NCBI RefSeq assembly: GCF_030463535.1
Contig: NC_132885.1
Location: 19,665,786 to 19,729,785 of the forward strand
Length of the DNA stretch: 64,000 nt
From: Salminus brasiliensis
Lineage: Eukaryota
Direction: 5' to 3'
The notes under the pieces are model-generated. The model made no database searches and was not told where the DNA came from. It worked only from the letters and a program-made list of their open reading frames with translations. Below, piece after piece: positions 12,607-25,582 of this stretch (within the stretch, counting starts at the first letter, position 1; each line of letters begins with the position of its first letter). Both the position numbers and the translations under genes were made by a program.

Positions 12607-15181
12607 TGTTGCTGCTCAGACTGTAACCTGACTTGTGATTGATGAACTTGCTGTTGTGAAGCAGTCCAGAGTATGAAGGAACACCTGAAGGGGACATTAG
12701 ATAAAGCCTGCTAAAGAGGGAGGAGTCACAACATGTTGTTGTTGTCAGTTCTTATTTCCTCTTACGCTGTTGTGGATTTTTATATATGATCTTGTTATAA
12801 ATACAGTACAAATATTCAGGGTGTACCTTTTCCCATTGCACCTCCAATCTTTGGAACTCTCTTTATGATAACCTTAGGGCTCATAAATGTTTTCTGCACA
12901 TTTTGGATTACGGCCTATCTGGCAACACTGTAGTAGAAAACAGTAGATGGATACTGAATTGATCAACTATGATTTTTATGTTCTTTAACGTAATATATGT
13001 CCATGCCCTTTCTGTCTGTGTAAATTGGGCATTTGCAGGAATATTTTGCATGTGAGTGCATGCATGTTTACTCTGAAGATATGACTCAGCCTTTACTTGA
13101 TTTGTATCTGGACTTCATTTGCACCTGTGCTTTGTACTGTACCAATGCATTTGGCACACATACTACCCTGCATTAGCTTTTGATGTGGTTGAGTGCATGC
13201 CTGTTCTCAGGCAGCAGACCTGTTTACTAAATTTCTACACAATTTCTCAGAGCATTAACGTAACAATCATAGGTGGGCATGACCACATTCACACGCTGAG
13301 CTTCCGTATGAACAGCAGCTGTGTTTTCTCAGTGTACAGTGGTATGTGTGGCACACTTTGTCAAAAGTTCTGTTACTGTGAAGAGTTAAGCAAGTAAAAG
13401 ATGGCCTAATTTCCAAAAGGCATAAAGTTAAAGATAAAAATTTGTCAACATTTGTCAGTAAGATCAATTTTTATTTCCATCTTTCACAGTTTTAAATAAC
13501 AAAAAAAGAAAAGGGGCCCAAAGAAAACAGTTGGGCACCCTGCATGGTCAGTGCTTAGTAACATCCCCTCTGACAAGAGTCTTTCAGGTTTTATTTGAGG
13601 GATGTTGGCCCACTTTCCCTTGCAGAGGTCATGTATAAGATTCTTGGGTCATGAAAGTGAAGCTGTATTGAACAGTTGGAAAAGAGGAGATAAAAGAAGG
13701 ATTTTAAGCTTCAGGATTGCTGCGGGAACCAGAGACTGTGGGAAGTCTCAATTGATGGTTGATGGTTCTCTCCCCCGCAGGTTTAAAATATTTGCATATT
13801 CTCAGACAATTAGGGTTGTCTTTAATGCACGTGCAGGTGGAAGCGAGGGAAGAGTTCATTTGGCGGCAAAAATATTAGCAGAAAAGGAAGGTCTTGTAAA
13901 AGAATATCGATTCTGTTGTTAAATAGCTGGCAATCTAAAGATTGACAGCCGCATGCAGTGGCAGAAAGGGCAGGATAAAAGGTTTAATGGCACGATGCTA
14001 ATAGCCAGGTGAAGAATAGGTCACGAATGCTCTAAAAACGGTCTTGAAATCATGCTGTCACAAGACCAATAAAAATATAGTCTTTGGCGGCCAGGGTCAT
14101 CATACATACATTTCATTTCTTGTCATGTCATTTTGGGTAAATCAAACATTTCCTGTTTTTCATTCATTTTGCCTTAACATTGATGGTATGGACAAAGTGT
14201 TTAAGCTTCCAACCAAACACAGCAGAGCAACTTTGTCCCTCTAAATTCTGACATTACAGATCGTTCACTTTTTTATTTTATATTTATTAGGAAATAAATG
14301 TATTAGTAAAAAGGTTCTGTTAGAAGCACAAATGTGATTTCAAATAAATTGACCACAGGCCACAGATTCATTCTGTAAACACATGCTACTAGGGAATAAA
14401 AAGTCACTACACTGCACTGCCTACTTTTAACTCTCCAAAAAGTAATTAAAGATATCCAGCTAATATTTAGGTTTCATTAAAAGAGATACGCAAAGCCTCA
14501 CTGTAATGCGAACTACAAAAATAATACAGAACTACAAAAAATACTTCATTAATTAATGAATGAACCAGTTTAACAATCTTACCTAAAAGAATGATTTACC
14601 AATTACCTTATTTACGGTCAATCAGCCAAGACATATTGGTTCCTCAAGACTGCTTCTTAATTTTACATTGGACAGATGCTAGGCTAGGCTGCTTTAAACT
14701 GGCCTCAATGAGTAAAATACTGTGTGTCCTTGTTGATTTTAAAGACTAAGTTATACCATGTTCTAAACCACATTGAGGTGAAATTGGTCCAGTGTTTATG
14801 AACAACCTAAGCTTACACTAAAGAAATACAGATATCAAACATATCTTGGCTAATAAACTACCTCTGGGATAAACTTAGTTTTAGTGTCTTTTAGACCACT
14901 TTTTTTATAAGCCTTTGTAGTTTTTTTGTAAGCAAAAGAAAGTATTGAGATGATCCTGCATATTTCAAAGGATGTGCTTTTCATGCAGAACATAAAATTA
15001 CAGCTAACGGTAGTAAAATGGTTAGAAATATCCTCCAACACCTTTCCATCCTAATAAATAACTCACACATAGGTGCTGTGGGTAACATAAGAGAATAAGG
15101 GTGCATGTCTCAAATTGAGGTTTTTTTTATGTAAATAAGAATTGATGTCAAGGTAAATTGAAGTCTGTCAAGTTGTAGATT

Positions 15182-15520
15182 TCATGGATGGGTCCTTGCT
15201 CCCTCCAAGTGGAATGTTGGGTGAGAAATTGTCCTCCAGACATTTTCCTCTGCAGCCCCTAGTGGCTCGTACTGAATATGACGGGCATCTCCCTGCCCAC
15301 TGTTCACAGGCTGACTCTGAACATATCTCAGTACATTCTCACTGACCAGCTTGGCTCTTTCCACTGCCTGCTCTTGTAGCTTTTCCTCCAGCATAGCAGA
15401 GGTCTCCCGCTCCACATAAACCTCAAACAATGACCTGTAATACGGCTTCCACCGGGTCTTGAGGGCTGAACTTACAGTCAACAGGAGAGAGAGTCCCAGA
15501 ATGAGAATCAGTCCAATTAT
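15182..15520 (-). CDS. CALHM/FAM26-like paralog C, coding exon 2 (IIGLILILGLSLL TM4 plus coiled C-terminus, stop)
   Basis: Acceptor tcttccag|ATAATTGGACTG at 15521/15520. Frame is continuous with ORF 15182..15481; the track M there is TTG. Confidence 0.65.
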   Translation of the reverse strand: MIGLILILGLSLLLTVSSALKTRWKPYYRSLFEVYVERETSAMLEEKLQEQAVERAKLVSENVLRYVQSQPVNSGQGDARHIQYEPLGAAEENVWRTISHPTFHLEGARTHP

Positions 15521-16573
15521 CTGGAAGACAGATACAGAGAGGTTTTAATGATTCAAGCCTGCACTCAAACCTTCACACACTGCAAGTTAAGATGGTTTAT
15601 TCTTTCTCCTGTAAAGTGGCCATTTGGAGAGTTTCTGTGTGACAGCGATGGCACATCATGCTGGTCATGTTTACACAGCTTGTCCTTAGTCTTCGACCAG
15701 TTGGTTGATTATATGAGGTGAGCTTCAGCTTGGTTTATATGAAAGCGTACTGCCACTCCAGCTTATTCTGGGTCAGATTTGTGGCCCCTGATCCCAGACC
15801 CATAGGCACACCCCAAAATACCTAACACAGCTACTTCCCAAAGCCTGTGCTGCAGCCAAGAAAGGCTGTGTTTCTTGACTGAAGGCTGTTTGGTTTTGTA
15901 AAGTGCTTACGATTATTATCATCATTATTATTCAAATTATTATTATCATTGTGAGAGCCATTATCTCTAAATATAGAAACCCTGGAAGAGTGGTGGATCT
16001 TCACAGAAGTCACAAGAGAACCCAGGCAAAAATGTAAGAAAGTCTACTTTACTTAAAGTTTAACTATATTATTAAAAGTAGCAAAGGACGCAACTCCCAC
16101 TATTTATAATGGCCTGCATGAGATGAACATAAAAAAAGGGCAGGGCTCAACATTACTGATGGAAGGCCAGGAAGAGGACGTTTTGACTTTCACCTGATGA
16201 AGGCCATGTGGTGCCCAAACTTCAAGACATTATTAATGCATTGGGTGAATAAAGGCATCTTTTACGCAGTGGGAGTTGCTCCTTCTTGGGTCAGGGATCA
16301 TTATTCCACCATTAGGAAGAGAGTCCTCTGACATCTGACATATACAATATACAATGGTGGTGGTTGTATAATGATGGTAGGATGCTTTACTACTTCAGGG
16401 CCTGGATGACCTGCTATAATTGACCGCTTGTGGTGCTCCTCAGCGCCAGAGGTAATGCCAGGGTACCTTCTATACCGTAGACACGTGCGTAAAATGAATG
16501 CACACCGCAGATTCAGCGTAAAAGGTTTGTGTGGTTGAATCCTGGTAAGAATTAGCATACAGTAAGTACTCAC

Positions 16574-17143
16574 CCTGGATTCGCTGTTGTACTTTCTTAA
16601 AGTTTCTGCTTCTTGCGGGGTTGGCAAATCCTTGCAGGCGATTTGTTCCCCCGTGCCGTTCACAACGACGGTCCGGACGCACACGTACCAGTCACCGTCG
16701 AGAAACGCGACCACGATCCAGAGGGATGCCGCGTAAAACACGTTCAGCACGTGTCTCCCGATCAGACCGCAGAAATGCCAGCCTTCCTCCCCGAAGCTTT
16801 TGGGGCGGTAACAGTAGCCGCCAGCACAACAGCAGCACTCAAACGTGTCACAGCACTCACTGCTGCTGCAGCACCTTTTCTCCGAGCGGACACAGCACTG
16901 ACACACATAACACTGGCACACCTTCAGCAGCTGCGAGTCCAGCAGGATGAGGATGAAGAACATGATTCCCACTGGAAGCAGCAGATAGAGCCAGCAGTGC
17001 ACCGCGGTCTCCTCGGGAGCTGTGCATGGACACGTGAACACGAACTTGAAGAAGATGACTGTGGTCACCACGGCGATGACCGTCCTTACAGGATGCCTGC
17101 TTAATACGTCCAGATTTGTCGGATAAGATGGATATCGTGACAT
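16574..17143 (-). CDS. CALHM/FAM26-like paralog C, coding exon 1, with Cys-rich TM2-TM3 loop insertion
   Basis: ORF 16301..17143 minus: MSRYPSYP...FTCPCTAPEE...AFLDGDWYVC...NSESR|gtgagt (donor 16573-16568). 190 codons. Confidence 0.7.
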
Positions 17144-17149
17144 ATTTAG

Positions 17150-17400
17150 GATATATATTGAAACCAGTGCAAATATAATACTGATTACGTGCCTCGCCGC
17201 ATTTTGTTAGGAGCCGTGTTGTGTTTAGAAACGCAAACCGACGGCACAAATGTCCGCCCAGCTTCCCATTGGATGTTGCGGGGAAGGTGAGGCGGGGTCA
17301 CGAGGAGTGAGCCAATGAGTGGAGCGCTTTGCTACGCATGTCCCGCCCTCTGGCCTGCTGACGTATGTTGGTCCATGCTTTAGGCTGTAATCTGAAGCAC
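17150..17400 (-). promoter_or_regulatory. Putative promoter of CALHM-like C: CCAAT boxes (ccattgg about 17268, gccaatgag about 17313), GC boxes (ggcggggtc, cccgccctc)
   Basis: Motifs lie 120-250 bp upstream of the ATG at 17143 on the minus strand. Confidence 0.35.
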
Positions 17401-20400
17401 GGGATGCGTCTGGAATCGCACACAGCTACTTTATTGTACATGCACTAAACTAGTGAATGCACTTCTAGTGCTGTTTTTAACTTACTGTTTAGTACAGTAG
17501 TACACAGTTTTAGACCCAGCCAGGTTGTTTTGCTCTTGGACTAAACTTCGCAGCTTCTGAGGGCGTGTCAGTGTTATGTGTCTTTCTCGATCCGGCTTTT
17601 CTCACTACCGGTTTTGTTCGCTAATGAGTTCAATTAAGTTTGTTCGAGCAGAAATAACGTGTACGTGCAGGAGGATGTACTGCTTATCTCAGTTTGTAGT
17701 CAGGTAGAAATATCTGTACAGGGCCACATATTGTTTTGTTCGTACCACCATCACCAAGATGTGATTCATGCCATGGCTATTGTATTCACTGCCATTTTTA
17801 CATTTTACATGAGTAATTTACCACAGCGAGAATTCCTGATCTTAATGAATGACTTAATGAAAAACAGCAAGGTGGGGATGAGATGAAACGTTATAATTGA
17901 GGAGACCAGCCACTGGATGAACTATGAATGGGAGCTCTCTTAAAGCTCAACATGGCGTCTGATTACGGAAGTCCCGCCTTTCAACATAAAGAGCCAATTA
18001 GATTGCTGGTTTCCCTTAAAGCGGAGGAACGACACGCTATGTGGAGATCTGCGCAAGCGCAGTAGCCAGAACAATTCGACAAATCGCGTTATTGAGCCAA
18101 AATATATAAACTATTAATGAGGGGTTTGTCAGATTTTATTAATGACTTAAAATGTCTTTGAAACAGTAATTTGACCTTAAGTTTAAAGTATTTTGGTCTC
18201 TACCCATCCATAATGACAGAAGCCTGGTCTTGAATGACTGGAAATATGGCTGTATAGTGAACAGACTTGCCTATAGAGACTTAAGGATAAGAGCACATCC
18301 ACTAACACAGATTTGATCAAAGCAGTTGTGGGGGTCTAGATGTTGTGAAGGGAGTTTTCTTCACCTTCATCTACTTTAAATGTTGTAGTCTGTTGTCTTC
18401 TGGGCCTTTTGGTGTTTCTGAGCTTGCCAGTGCATTCCTTCTTTTTCATAAAACCTCCTAAAATATCCATGTAGAGTTATTGCCCATGGCAGTTCTAATG
18501 TGAGTGTAGTCAGGGCTGGTGTTTTTATGAGCTACCAATGCAGGTTTGACAGCATTATAAGATAAAACAACATGGGTTACATGGGATAAAAACAACAATC
18601 TGGGATATCGATAGTATGTAATTTGTCACATAATACAAAGTCATATAGAGATTTTGGAGACAAAGAAATTCAAGTTATAAAATGAAAGTGATACAGTTTG
18701 CATGACTTTATGTGATTGTATCTCCTGCAAACAGAGTGTCTTGTGACTCCTGCAGAGTAAAATCTGTATAATCATTTAAACACTTTAGATATGCTGGTTG
18801 AAACGTTGCCTCATGTCAAAAGCACAGTTATCACAGATTAACCGTTCAGCCTCTGCCTTTTGGCCTTTGCCCAGATCTTCTGCTCACATGTTCAGATAAA
18901 CAAATTAAAAGTAAATAAACACATCATTCATATTTTGGCCACAAAATAAAAAATGGTTAATTACTGTCAGAGTAGATTGTTTAAAAATGAACTGTTTATC
19001 ATTTAGAAATGGAATGAAAAGCAGTAATAAAGCGAACATTTAAATATTTGAGAAAATACTGAACTTCATTTCATTTCGTTTTTCAAACTTAATATTAGTC
19101 ATTATTCTAAAGATGTGTCTGTTTTCCCTGTTTCTCGGTAAGTGAGTACATGTGTGTAACTTTGTATTGTGTTTTGTGCTTTATTTGCATTCATATAAGG
19201 TTAGCTAGCTAACAATCAGATAAGAAAAGTACAGAAATCTATAGCTAATTTGTGAAAGTGTATTGGCTAAGCATTACAGGGGAAAAATGATTGACTGCCC
19301 TCTAGCGTGCCCCTTCTTGCAATGAATTACAATGATTTGATAATGTGTCTTAATGAGTGCCCTTCTATGAGCACCTTTTCAATAGAAAAGGGTGCCATTA
19401 TGGAGTGCTCTCTATGCTGCTCCTATTTAGTTAGGGGTTTTGTCCCTACAGTGTCTGAATGAGTAGAGAAAATGAGACGCAGTGTTGTATAGTGTTCTCC
19501 TACAAGTATGAACATGATAAAGTGCCCAATTAGATGCTCCTGTAATGGAGAAATGCCTCTCAAGTGGATAAAATGAGATGCAGACCTGTGTGAGAATGTG
19601 CGCTGTAAAACCTTAATGCACAACTTATTTAATTAATTAAGTTCATTTAACATAAATACTACAGACAGGTGGAGTAACTTAAGGTGATTAAGTCAAACTA
19701 ACTCAAAAATGACTATATTGACTCTTTGCTCCATCTATTTGCATGTTGGGCCTGTCTTTCCCCCTCACTCACCATGATTGTGTAGTCATTCCCCCAGGCT
19801 ACCTTCCCCTATGTGTTCAGTTGGAATCTGTTGTGTCTAGCTGCCTGGCCTCAGTGCTGAAAGCTGTTAACACTAGTTGTTGCTGAGTGTGGCTGTATAT
19901 TGGCTTAATTCTGACATAAAGTGGACTAAATAAACTGTTGGTGCAGAATTATGTATCAGTGTTTGGCTGAATTTGTGCTTAGTTTTGTGCTGTTCCTGCT
20001 TAAGCACACCTGATTTCATTCACTTGTTAATTGGTGGGTTTAATAGTTTTTTTTTTATAGCAGGGAAATCAGTCATCTGTGCTGGGACAAGGAGCCCCTG
20101 TTGCCTTCTCTGCAATTCTGTTGTGAAGACCTTTGTTTTACAGTGTGGTGACGTTTCCTAATGAAAACCCCTTCAGGAAAAAAATGTGATGTGCTTGTCC
20201 ATATGTTTCCTCATAATCAAATATATTCTTTTTCTACAGGTGTCTGTCTGATGACATAAAAACTCATAAAGTGCTCATAGTGTTCCCTTCAGGTAGTTCA
20301 CAACAACAAGTACATTGTTGTTATTGTTGGTGAACATCTATTCCATCCATTTAGGTTTTTAGTTTTAGCCAGACTCCCTCTAGTATGTGCAGAAGCCAAG

Positions 20401-21329
20401 GAGAGAGCTGAACTTTTTAAGGCCTGAGGAAATGAAACAACACTGCATATTTGGTTTTAATTTGTATATTTGATATAACATAAATGTATTGCTCACAGCA
20501 GGTGAGATTGGATTAATATGGATTAACCTCTTACACTCTTGCCTTTTAAAAGTTACTCATGTAATCGCAAACATGCACAGATGGTCCACCAGGGGGCAGA
20601 AATGTGTATCTGCTCGTATCTCCTTATTAAAAATAAGTTATTATAGAATAAGTAATTCTTATTCGTTATAAACTATTATTTTTATTATTTAGTGTTTAAT
20701 AACTGTACGATTGTTAATTCGTTCATTATCACACTTGATTCACACTCAAATATGTATCAAATATGATACTCTTGTCTTTAAAGTCTGTAACCCTGACATC
20801 CTACTGCAGTGTGTGGAGGTAAGACAGCCAGCTTTCGTTTAAGATGTGAAGACTGAGTTTAGCCTAATTACGTAATCTTAATCTTAATCAAAGATGAAGA
20901 CAATTTTTTTTTAATCATATATGGTTCATATATCCTTTCGCGTGCTGGTGGGTCTCTATGTGGTGCAGCAGGTGCCAATTTTATTTATTTTATTGCTCCT
21001 GCCCTTTAAACAGCCACTGATTTCACTCCTTAGCACCTTAGCATTGGTAGCTATATAACATTCTATTTAATCCAAAAGTTCATTTCCTATATTTATTTAC
21101 TGTTATTTATTTGTGTTTTTTTATTTTAAAATATTTCGTGACAATGTAGGTTGTTATGTGAGTTTATTGTCACGTGCGTTTCCGTCATTGTTGTTTAATG
21201 AATTGCAGAACAAATCAAAATTAATTTATTTATTTTATTCTATTCAAACTTTTTTTTTTATTTCTATATTAAATTAATTTTGAAGGGGGTGTCAATTTTA
21301 AATACAGAAGAAAAAAGAAGAAGAAAAGT

Positions 21330-21548
21330 CCCGCACGATGGCAATGGGCTCTCACACAACCGTGCGCGCACTAGATGAATACAGAGGAGTGCGTGAAAGG
21401 GGGCGGTGTGAGCTGAGGGAACTGCTGGGCTGTGTCAGCCGTCCGGGAAGTCTTCCTGAGGCTTTTCGTGTGACAAGCCTCTGCGCTTTCACAACAGCCC
21501 TCAGCGGAGTAATAGGACGGTCCTCATTTGTGCTGTTTTGAGTACGAG
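21330..21548 (+). promoter_or_regulatory. parp4: CpG-rich PARP4 promoter and candidate noncoding exon 1 (donor gag|gtgcgt at 21548/21549)
   Basis: GC-rich island with GC box gggggcggtg. It has a strong donor and lies 350 bp upstream of the ATG exon, whose acceptor ctcttag is at 21892. Confidence 0.4.
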
Positions 21549-21897
21549 GTGCGTAAACACATTTATATCTACCTAATACACCGAAAATATGCTGTTGAGT
21601 TTGCTAGCTAGCTTTTAGCTAACGCTGTTGATCGTCTGTGTCGAGTTTATACAGCGGACAATTTACAGACTTTTCTGGAACGATGATCGTGTCTGAGTCA
21701 TGTAGTCATCTGCTCACAAAGCCTACTTATAGAGTTAGGTTACAGATTCAGTGCCATACGCAAAGGGTTGTTAGCTACTTCCTGGTAGTCTCCTCCCTCC
21801 TGTCAGCCTGTGTTTTGGTTCCTTTCTAAATCCACAAACTCTTACTTTCCTGATCCTTTCTCACCTGCTGCGTCTCTCTCTCTCCCTCTTAGTCATC

Positions 21898-22023
21898 ATG
21901 GCTGTGTTTGAGGGGTGCTCTGTGGTTCTAGACCTGAAGAAGGTGCCATATAAAGAGAAGAAAAGACTGATGTCAGCAATTGTAGAAAATGGAGGAAGCT
22001 TATCATATGTTGTCAACCTGAAG
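21898..22023 (+). CDS. parp4: PARP4 coding exon 1 (BRCT N-terminus, MAVFEGCSVVLDLKKVPYKEKKRLMSAIVENGGSLSYVVNLK)
   Basis: Resembles human PARP4 MVMGIFANCIFCLKVKYLPQQQKKKLQTDIKENGGKFSFSLNPQ. ATG at 21898; donor aag|gtaagt. Confidence 0.85.
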
Positions 22024-24021
22024 GTAAGTGTTGTCTTTTCCCCTGCACCCAACCCCCCCCCCCCCCTCCAGTGCCAGTCGTCATTGGAAGAAGAAGTGTG
22101 AAGGGCCAGATGTGCTATGTTAAAAAATATTCACCACAGGTCTAAAACTCCTTTGGGTTGTATTATGTTGTAGTAAAATGTTTATTATACCTTGTGTTTG
22201 TTGACAAATCATCCTTAAATAATGATTACTCAACTTAGTATTAACAACTACATAATCATTGTGTGAAACCTTGTATTTTCTATGCATCTATACAAATGAT
22301 TATCCGATACTTATATCATGTAGGCTTACACACATAGCTAACAATGTATGGCTTGTTTCTAACCCACATAATACCCACTTGTAACACGTATTGGTGTGCG
22401 ACATATAGAGTCACTTTGCATGGCATATTACTCACCCACTTACTAACTTACATGATATTTACTCATAAGAAGTATTATAACCTTATTACATTGTATGGCC
22501 TACTAACTCACATGACATGGCCTCCTGAGACACATTAACATGTAACATATGGAGTTCTATGGTAAAGGCGGGTGATTCACGCTTAAAGACATTTGCGTTA
22601 CTAAAACTATACATCAGCATGACAAGTGAGGCCACTCCATGTGTCTGAAGTCACTGTCATGGACCATCGTGTTGGCCCCAATTGGGACTGGTGTACTTTG
22701 TTTGAACTGAAGTGATATGGAGGGGATGCTGATAGGGTCGGACAAAGCGGCCTTCTCTCTGTGTGGGTAACTCCCTAACCTGCAGCTGCCTCGCACACAC
22801 ATAGAGAATGCTACACTGTCCAGCTTTGAGAAAATACAAAACATAGTCAAGGTCAAGCATGATGGTGGAGTCAGACACGTGAATCTGAGTACTAACATGT
22901 GCCATCTTGCATATTCACATAGACTAATCTGTAGAAACGCCTCATCGGCAGGTTTCACGTCATTTGGGGTATAAACGTGGAGTCAGATGAGAACGGGGTC
23001 AGAACTTTGCTTTGGGATGGTTGATACACTGTCTTTAATGCATTTGTTCTCCTGGATCCAGCATTCTTAAATAAATACTTTGGTTTGCTTCTAACTTCAC
23101 TCCACTCGTCAGCGACTCTTTCCACAAAACGAACACGCAAGGTGTCGGCCCCGGAAGAGGGGTGGGGTACGGGCAACACTATGTAGACATTTTTCTACAA
23201 TTACAACAGCTGTTTTTGAAAGGGCCAAGTTCAAGAAACTGTCAGGGATCTGTCGTGCTGTGCTGTGAAATTCTCCCATAATAAAATGTAATACAGTAGC
23301 TAGGATTGGTTAAGATGGGTAAATGTAGTAGCACAGTACGTTCTCCAAATGTTCCCAATATTTGATATTTTACAGTGATTGTACAAATTATTTTTATACA
23401 ACTGTTAACAGCACTAAATCCAGCTAAACTGAACCAGAACTTTTTATGGTCACTTTGCAATGAAACGCATGCAATGAATATACACATGCAATGATAAACA
23501 TGGTCAGATATTCCTCCACATTTTGTCAAAGGGCAAAAATAGAGGTACAAGGTTTTATGTGACAGCAGCTTCATATACACACAGTACTCTGCAGAGGTGT
23601 TGAGCACCTAAACACATGACACATTAAAATTATGTATCTTGTGTATTATGTAAGAGTGTTTACACTTGTAAAAAAACAACAACAACACCAGATCACATTA
23701 GACATGATGGTAAACAAAAATACACTCAGAAGAGACCAGAATTTCACATTTTGAAATTTTGATAGAAAGCTAGTTTGACACAACCAGCTTGGTTCCCAGC
23801 CATTGCTTGGATTTGTTAAATTCCCTTACAGGCTCTCCTGATTAAGCACTTTTTTTTTTACCAAACCAGATGTTGTGGATGGTAACTATGAATAATACTA
23901 GACTTCTATGAGGAGAGTCTTGACGCTGTTTTGATGAACACAGTGATGGTGTAGAAAAGTGAGATGGTCAAAGGATGTTCTTTAAGACTCACACACACTG
24001 ACTGCTGTGTTTTCTGCGCAG

Positions 24022-24217
24022 TGTTCTTTTGTGGTGACGAGCAGCCTGGAGGACCTGAGCAGCAACAGACTGAGAAGTGTCCAGAAGCACCAGATCCCTG
24101 TGGTTGGGTTGCAGTTTGTGTGGAACTGCCTGGAGAAAGGACTCCTCCTACCTATAGAAGAGCACAGCTTAAAACCACAGCCTTCCGATCTCACACACCC
24201 ACCACCTCCACACCCAG
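24022..24217 (+). CDS. parp4: PARP4 exon 2 (BRCT)
   Basis: Acceptor ctgcgcag. CSFVVTSS...IPVVGLQFVWNCLEKGLLLP resembles human CTHIILDN...IANPDFIWKSIREKRLL. Ends in phase 1. Confidence 0.85.
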
Positions 24218-24584
24218 GTATTACAGCCTTACACAGCTTTCTTTATGTAGACACCTTTCTTCACTGATGCAGACAATTAAAGACGGTTGCTACACATTTG
24301 ACATTTTTTAAACGTGATGTGTTTAGATGTTTGCTCAGCAGTGGAGATAAAAAGAGGGAGGGTGCCTGTATAAGAGGACTCACTGTAGTTTTTCACTGTC
24401 ACAGCTCGATTGTTATGTGTTAACCGTAGGTGTGTGTGCTTGTGTGTGTTTTATACATGTGTAAGGTGGAGTATGACTGTGTAACCAAGAAACTGGGTGT
24501 AGAAGAAATCTTGTTTAAGCTGCATTGCTAGTTTGTGAGCATTACACAGAGGCAATGTGTGCACTGTTGTTCTTTTTCACAAAG

Positions 24585-24727
24585 GTATGAAGTTGTCCAC
24601 CCAGTTTCCAGTGGGACTGAAGTCCAGTGATCAGATCATACCATGCACATTAAACAAGGATAATTATCAGGACATACCAGCATTTCCTTCATGTTTCCAA
24701 GTTGCCAAGTACACCATTTTTTACAGG
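24585..24727 (+). CDS. parp4: PARP4 exon 3
   Basis: GMKLSTQ...FQVAKYTIFYR resembles human ...DFEVAKYNTLEKV. Donor agg|gtgagt. Confidence 0.8.
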
Positions 24728-25483
24728 GTGAGTTTATCTTGACTGTTCATTTAAAATTATTAGAAATGCTCTTTACACTCACAAGATGGTCTTAACATCC
24801 AGGTGTATTTAAACTGCTCAACCCTTATCTTATCTCATAGGCTATACATTCTGGCACCATGGCTTTGTCTTTAACTCATTTCAGTCTGTCGCTAGAATAG
24901 CTGGGATACCAGCATGTTCACATTGGACATATTACATGTATCAGCATATGGAATTGAAACTTTCTTAATGCCACTGTGCATTCTCTCACCATACCAAAAA
25001 AGCATGATGCTGCCCTTATTGTTGGATACACTGCAGTATTTTATGAGCAAGCACACATCTCAACAGAGTCCACTTCACTTAGAGCTTTTTGCTCTTGGTT
25101 TATTTTTATAACAATAAAAAAAGTGTGAAATATATTCTTTTTTAGCATGTCCAAGCGGTTACTTTATGACCTACACCAAAACATTTTAAAGATGTTGTTT
25201 AAATATTTAAATAAAATAAATAAATACAACACTGAGAAATCCTATTAAAGAGGAATAAAAGACTAAAAGGTAGGGCTGGGCAATATGACAATATTGTATC
25301 ATAGTGTAATTAGTTGTTTTTAATTGGATACAGCAGATTTTGGATATAAATAAATATTGTGTATTAGGTAAATAAATTAAATAAAAGCCCTACTAAAGGG
25401 TATTTTCTTTGTATTATAAGGTTAATTAACTATAAAATAAAAGAAAAAGGTTCTGTGTTACTCTTTGTATTTGTATGTTGTAG

Positions 25484-25582
25484 GCTGCAGACAAGATCTG
25501 GTCAGTCCTGGAGCTTCAGAGTGCAAGAGGAGAGGAGGGACAGCAGTATCGCATTGTGAAGTCTGTTGTTCATGAGATGAAG
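25484..25582 (+). CDS. parp4: PARP4 exon 4
   Basis: Acceptor gttgtag, donor aag|gtgagc. 99 nt in frame: AADKIWSVLELQSARGEEGQQYRIVKSVVHEMK. Confidence 0.7.

Noticed and set aside
13602-13922. 106-aa ORF (MLAHFPLQRSCIRF...)
   Set aside because: No recognisable domain, no splice context and low-complexity surroundings. It is probably a chance ORF in repeat-derived sequence.
16613-17104. Plus-strand ORFs of 163 and 109 aa overlapping CALHM-like C
   Set aside because: Antisense shadow ORFs of a GC- and Cys-rich coding exon. The minus-strand frame carries the family motifs.
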